DNA of 64,000 nucleotides from the human T2T-CHM13v2.0 reference genome, Homo sapiens. The stretch lies in NCBI RefSeq assembly GCF_009914755.1, contig NC_060936.1; one strand, 5' to 3'. Of the stretch, positions 58,453 through 64,000 are shown piece by piece; positions within the stretch are counted from its first letter, which is position 1, and each line of letters starts with the position of its first letter. Made by a program: the position numbers and the translations under genes. Below the pieces are notes generated by a model, which saw only the letters and a program-made list of their open reading frames with translations, did not search any database and was not told where the DNA came from.

Positions 58453-59989
58453 GTTATAATATGAGGACCTGAAAATCAGGAATGAAGAGAAGGGAAATGT
58501 AATAAGATATATAATATATACATAAACATACATGCACTCTACACACACAGACATGTATGTATGTATATGTACGTGTATATATCTATGTAATTTTTAAATA
58601 ATAAATACTGCTAACAATTGAAATGACCCTAGATACCTGAAAATAATCAATGCCACAGACATCCATCCCGCAGTCAGCTTTTTAACTTAAAAGTCCATCT
58701 TCATTGATCATGAACATGGATTCCGCTACAAAAGGATGATACCAATTTATGCTATCACCAGCAATGCAAGGAACTAAAATTTTCCCGTAGCCTTGCAATA
58801 TTTGATATTATGTTTCTTAAGAGTATGGCCAAAATAATATCATGTTGTAGCTCATTGCTTTTCTTTGTATTTCCTTGTCATTTAAAAAGGTTAAACTATT
58901 TTTTTTTTATTTTCCTACCATTTATTGTATTTTTTGGAGAGAGGAGATTGCTTGATCACCAATACTTCTCATGTTTATTAAATTTTAATATAGGTTAATA
59001 ATTGATTTAGAAAATAAAGATATGGTCAATATGACACAGAGAGCCTTAACATATTTTTCTCCTGATTTTTTTTTGCCTTTTTTTATGTGTAAAGGTTTTA
59101 TATGACAAATACGTTAATATTTTGGGTAATTATTTGATTTTTATTTCTGAGTTCTCCTTATATAAGAAATTACCTCTAATTCATTATTATTATGCTTATA
59201 ACAATTGCTAGGCCTATTTTTGGACTATTTTATTCTTTTTCAATTATCTGTATGTCTAACAAAACCACATGGTTTTATTATTTCAAGCCACTTTATTAAC
59301 TAATTATAAGGAACTTAAAATAACTTATTAAGGTCTAATTTTGCATTTTCAATTATAGTATATGTTTCGCATATATGAAAATGTGGAGGGGCAAAAGGGG
59401 ACCTATAATAGGAAAGCGAGTATTTTTAGTCTCAGAAATGCAAGAATGTTTTCTAAAGGTAATAGCTGATTAATTAATATATGTATATCCTCATATAGTT
59501 CACATTACTCGATGAATTAAAACTTCTTATTAAGTAACATAATCATTTAACTAATCCTGAAAGATGCATTGGTTGATTGATACACAATTCTAACACACTG
59601 CGATTAATAATCAAAAGTTCAAAAACTTGTGGGAGTTAAGGTCATAAAAAAATTGACATTAACAAACAAAAAATCAGGGAAAAGCCAGAGCCAGCTGAGT
59701 GGAGTGAGGTGACATATATCATTACAAGACATCCAAAATTGTGGATGCCTAATGAAAATCGCAAAGGAGATATTCAATTCCTATCCATAGAAGACCATTT
59801 TGAAAGTGTGATATAATTAGATGTATTAAACATGATCTGAAAAATCTGTATTATGTTAAATGTTTTTAAAACCTGACTTTTAATATGATTTTTTTCTCCA
59901 AAGCCATTTATGTAGGTCTTACACTGTACCAAATATTGTTCTAAAGGCTTTTTTGGTGACTGTTACATTTATAGGCAATTATTAGTGCA

Positions 59990-60200
59990 CATACTCAAGC
60001 CAGAATTCTGAGTTTAGAATCTCAAGCTCTGGGTCTTATTTGGCCTGTGACTATGAGCATGTAACTTAACCTTTCTGTGCCCATTTAAAGGAGATATCAA
60101 GTGTGACTACCTCATAAGAATAGTTATAAGAATTAAATAAGTTAATGTATATAAGGTACTAAGAATAGTGCCTAGTATATATAGTAATTGCTAAACAAGT
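59990..60200 (+). mobile_element. MIR fragment
   Basis: ctgtgact...acttaacctttctgtgcc...acctcata...agaatagtgcct. Confidence 0.6.
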
Positions 60201-61394
60201 GTTTGCTTTTGTTCAGTCTTTGACAATTTTTGCTGATTTTTAATTAAAAAAATTTTCCTTACTCAACTTATTAAGCTTCAATTCAAAGAAAATATATTAA
60301 ATGTTGTCATTACCACACTTAATTTTCCATTATTTTATAGAACAATTATATAGTTTTTCCCACTATATATAGGTATAAAATTACTCTTATGTAACACACA
60401 CCACTCATAATGAAGCACATACAGGGAACATGATTCTGTTAAATTCTTTCTATTTTAATCCTTGCTAAATTTTCATTTCTCTCCTTCCTTAAGTGTGGCT
60501 TTGCTAGGTGAAATTATGATGTTTATTTGCAAAATAACAAGGATAGAAAGGATCATGAATGAAACAGTAAGAGAAAAATAGCTGCTTAACATCCTCTGAA
60601 TGGTTGAAGGCTCTAATGAACTCTCTTTATTCATCTGATGTATACTTTGAAGTAGAAAGAAAGAGATTGTCAAGATGATGGCTGCCTAAAAACAGAAGGA
60701 GTCTTAGGAAAAGAAACAACACATTATTACAAATGCCAGATTTAATGAGAATGTCATGGACACTAGATGTCACTTACTTAAGGATATAAAGGGTTTTTTT
60801 AAAAAATATTCCAAGTATACTTAAATGTACAGGAAGTTGAGATGACAGTAAGAATGTTTCATCCTTTAAAACAGTAGCTATAAGGCAAACTTATCCAAAT
60901 AAAAGTTTTAAAAATATTTTAGTAATCTAAATTTAATAATATTCATTTTTTATGGTCTCCTTTTTAAACTTATGCCAACAGTAGCTTAAATAGTCACTGA
61001 AAACCTTGCTGGTTTCCCCATCAGCTCATTCCCGGTGAAACCTTAAGGTGAAGTGAGGGGGAGTTGGTGAATAAGGTTCTCATCAGCGGAAAGAGACCCA
61101 AAGGTCGGAACCTCCAGCTTGTCCTTATCCTCCATTGCTTCAGCTGTTTCTTTCACTCTAGCCAACTCGTATTTTTATTTGTCTGTTTCTTATTTTCTTC
61201 TGCCTTTGCTTTCTTCTTGTACAGAAAGTCCTTCAAACTTCTGCTGATCGTCTAAAACTCCTTCCTCGCATATTCTCTCAAAACTGTGTCTGGTAATTGG
61301 ATAAATAATGATGCCTAATTTTTTCTTTTACTTTAAGTCCATAACACTCACTACTCATATCATATTGTGCTTATATTGTTGGACACGTCAATAA

Positions 61395-61718
<324 letters not shown>

Positions 61719-63579
61719 TTTCTGCATTTTTTAAAATGGTTCCTTGTAGAGTCTTAAAATTTTAGAAAAAAATTTTTCTTCCTTTAAAAAAATCTGGTAT
61801 ATTTTCTTCTAATGGCTAAATGTTTACTGCTTTTCCCATCTTGGCTATTGTAAAGTTTATAACTAAATGGTATCTTCATTATAGTAACTCTGTAATAATT
61901 ATGACCAGTTTATTCTATTTTATATTATTTCCTTTGTATCTATATTTTTATTCTAATGTATATCAGATGATTTATATTTATACTTTAGTAAGTAGTGCCT
62001 ATTCTCATGACATATCTTCCTCAATTATTTTCTATAATGACTAGAATAAATAAGTAGATATGAAATTAGAGTTTGGTATGTTTATGCTCCCAACATTAAG
62101 AATGTATTCCTATGACATTCATTATACGAAGCTGTGAACTCTAATCTCCACAGGCAGGTAACAAATCAGTAGGTAAGTCTCTGTATTGTCTGAAAATTCT
62201 GATTCTTTAATTTTTATTTTTAATATTGAATAAAAATCTGCTTCTGTAAAACTTCTACTCACTAGGAGGATTCTGTCATCTTGTAGTTGAAACAAGTAAA
62301 TACCATTCTTTTTCTTCAACATGGCCCTTCAAATGTGCCACTAGTGACCCTCAACACTGAGTTTAGACATCCACCTCTCCATCCACGGTGCCTATGAGAC
62401 CTAATTTCCAGATTCTTTATCTCCATGGTCATCCTTCTCTAGATGTTCTTGAATGCCTTTCTTAAAATGCCAAGAACCAGACTCAATGCTTCAGAGTGGT
62501 CTACCAGAATGGAAGTAGACACAGTGAGATTTCCAGAGTATATATTTTGGACATTGAAGTCTGCCTTATTTATATTTAATGTGCACTCATATTTTGATGG
62601 AAGACCACATCACACTCATTCTACAGATAGAGAACTGGGTGAGAAAATGCATTTTATAGTGATTCTGGTGTTCTGTGTGAACAAACAATGCATTTACTGT
62701 TACAGAAGGTTCTCTTAGCAAGGCTTACCTCTATTTTATTGGGTTGGTCATTTCCCTTGTATAGCATATTCTCTCCCAACTACCACAATATTCATTCTTT
62801 GCCCTTTTTTGGCCCTTCTTCAAGTCCTGGGAAGCTGACCTCTGGGGAATGCATTAATCAAATGCCCTTGTCTTTTGGTCTGAAGTAGATGCAACCACAC
62901 AAGACACAGGCAGGAAATTAAGAGGTGGAACTACCCAGCTCTCCCATGGCTCTGAGACCCTCAAATTCTTCTAGACCTTTGTGGGACTGGGTGCTTCACA
63001 GTGCCTTGTTGGGTTCCCATGCCCCTTTGCAAATAGAGGTTTCAATAAAGTCTCCTCCATGAAACCCCTTTGTGAGTGGCATCTCTTTTCTGATGAAATC
63101 CTGACTGATAGACTGAACATTATGATAGAGTAGAGAGATAAGAGAAAATCAAAATAAACATACAGATAAGGACACAGCATGCATAATCCTAAAGATAAAG
63201 CAAGAAACATATATATGAAGATAGAATTATATTTCGCTAAATGAAATATGAATAATTATCTTTTTTTCACTTGATTCCAATCTTTGAGACTTTAGAACAT
63301 CATTCACACCTCTCTTAGAAAATGCATGAAAACAAACAAAAGAAACAAAGAAATAAAATAATACTAGGATCAATCCATTTTGTGTTTTGTTCCACTATTA
63401 AAATACAATTTAATTTGAAAGACAATTTTTATTCCTGAAAACGTGAGAGAGAATTAAGATCTAAAGTATTTTTATGAAGAAAATACCTAAGATATATGGG
63501 GTATATGTATTAAAAAAGTCAGGTAAATTGTTAGTGGTTAATAAATATGATGCTTTGCTTCCCTACCACTGCTAAAAAG

Positions 63580-63952
63580 GTAAACTATCGCAAGAACAAA
63601 AAACCAAACACCGCATATTCTCACTCATACGTGGGAATTGAACAATGAGATCACATGGACACAGGAAGGGGAATATCACACTCTGGGGACTGTGGTGGGG
63701 TCGGGGGAAGGGGAAGGGATAGCATTGGGAGATATACCTAATGCTAGATGACACGTTAGTGGGTGCAGCGCACCAGCATGGCACATGTATACATATGTAA
63801 CTAACCTGCACAATGTGCACATGTACCCTAAAACTTAGAGTATAATAAAAAAAAAATTAAAAAAAAAAGAAGCATAATTCAAAAAAAAAAGAAAAAGAAA
63901 AACAGTGTTTGGGGCAGAATTAATAAAAAAAAAGTAAAAAAAAAAAAAAAAA
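63580..63952 (+). mobile_element. 5'-truncated L1HS (pre-Ta) with a composite tail / 3' transduction
   Basis: Near-consensus L1HS 3' UTR. Diagnostic ACG at 63753-63755 and G at 63838. TSD AAAAAGGT at 63574-63581 and 63948-63955. Confidence 0.9.
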
Positions 63953-64000
63953 GGTGAAGTTAATAAACACTAATGTGCTTCTTTGTTGGTACATAGTACT

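Overview
This is AT-rich, repeat-rich human genomic DNA from the small leucine-rich proteoglycan (SLRP) cluster (recognised as chr12q21.33 from protein identity). It holds the complete lumican gene (LUM, minus strand, 3 exons; CDS 8457-7596 + 3798-3644, 338 aa) and the last five exons of decorin (DCN exons 4-8, minus strand, 57989 to stop at 45540). All splice sites read were canonical GT-AG with consistent phases. The rest is intronic or intergenic and contains Alus, L1s, L2/MIR, MaLR/ERV1 solo LTRs, hAT-Charlie and Mariner DNA-transposon fossils, and simple repeats. I cannot support a wholly new biological system. The best second-look items are: (1) inverted Alus bracketing DCN exon 4 and exons 4-7, where the 561-nt exon 4-7 circle would be an in-frame, stop-free LRR ORF; (2) a human-specific pre-Ta L1HS with an apparent 3' transduction in DCN intron 3; (3) a Charlie1 fossil with a transposase remnant and a ~300-bp internal inverted duplication; (4) a strong CTCF-like site in LUM intron 1; (5) a 29-bp minisatellite downstream of the DCN stop; (6) three twin-primed L1s. 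Repeat subfamily names come from memory of consensus sequences, and boundaries of old repeats are approximate.
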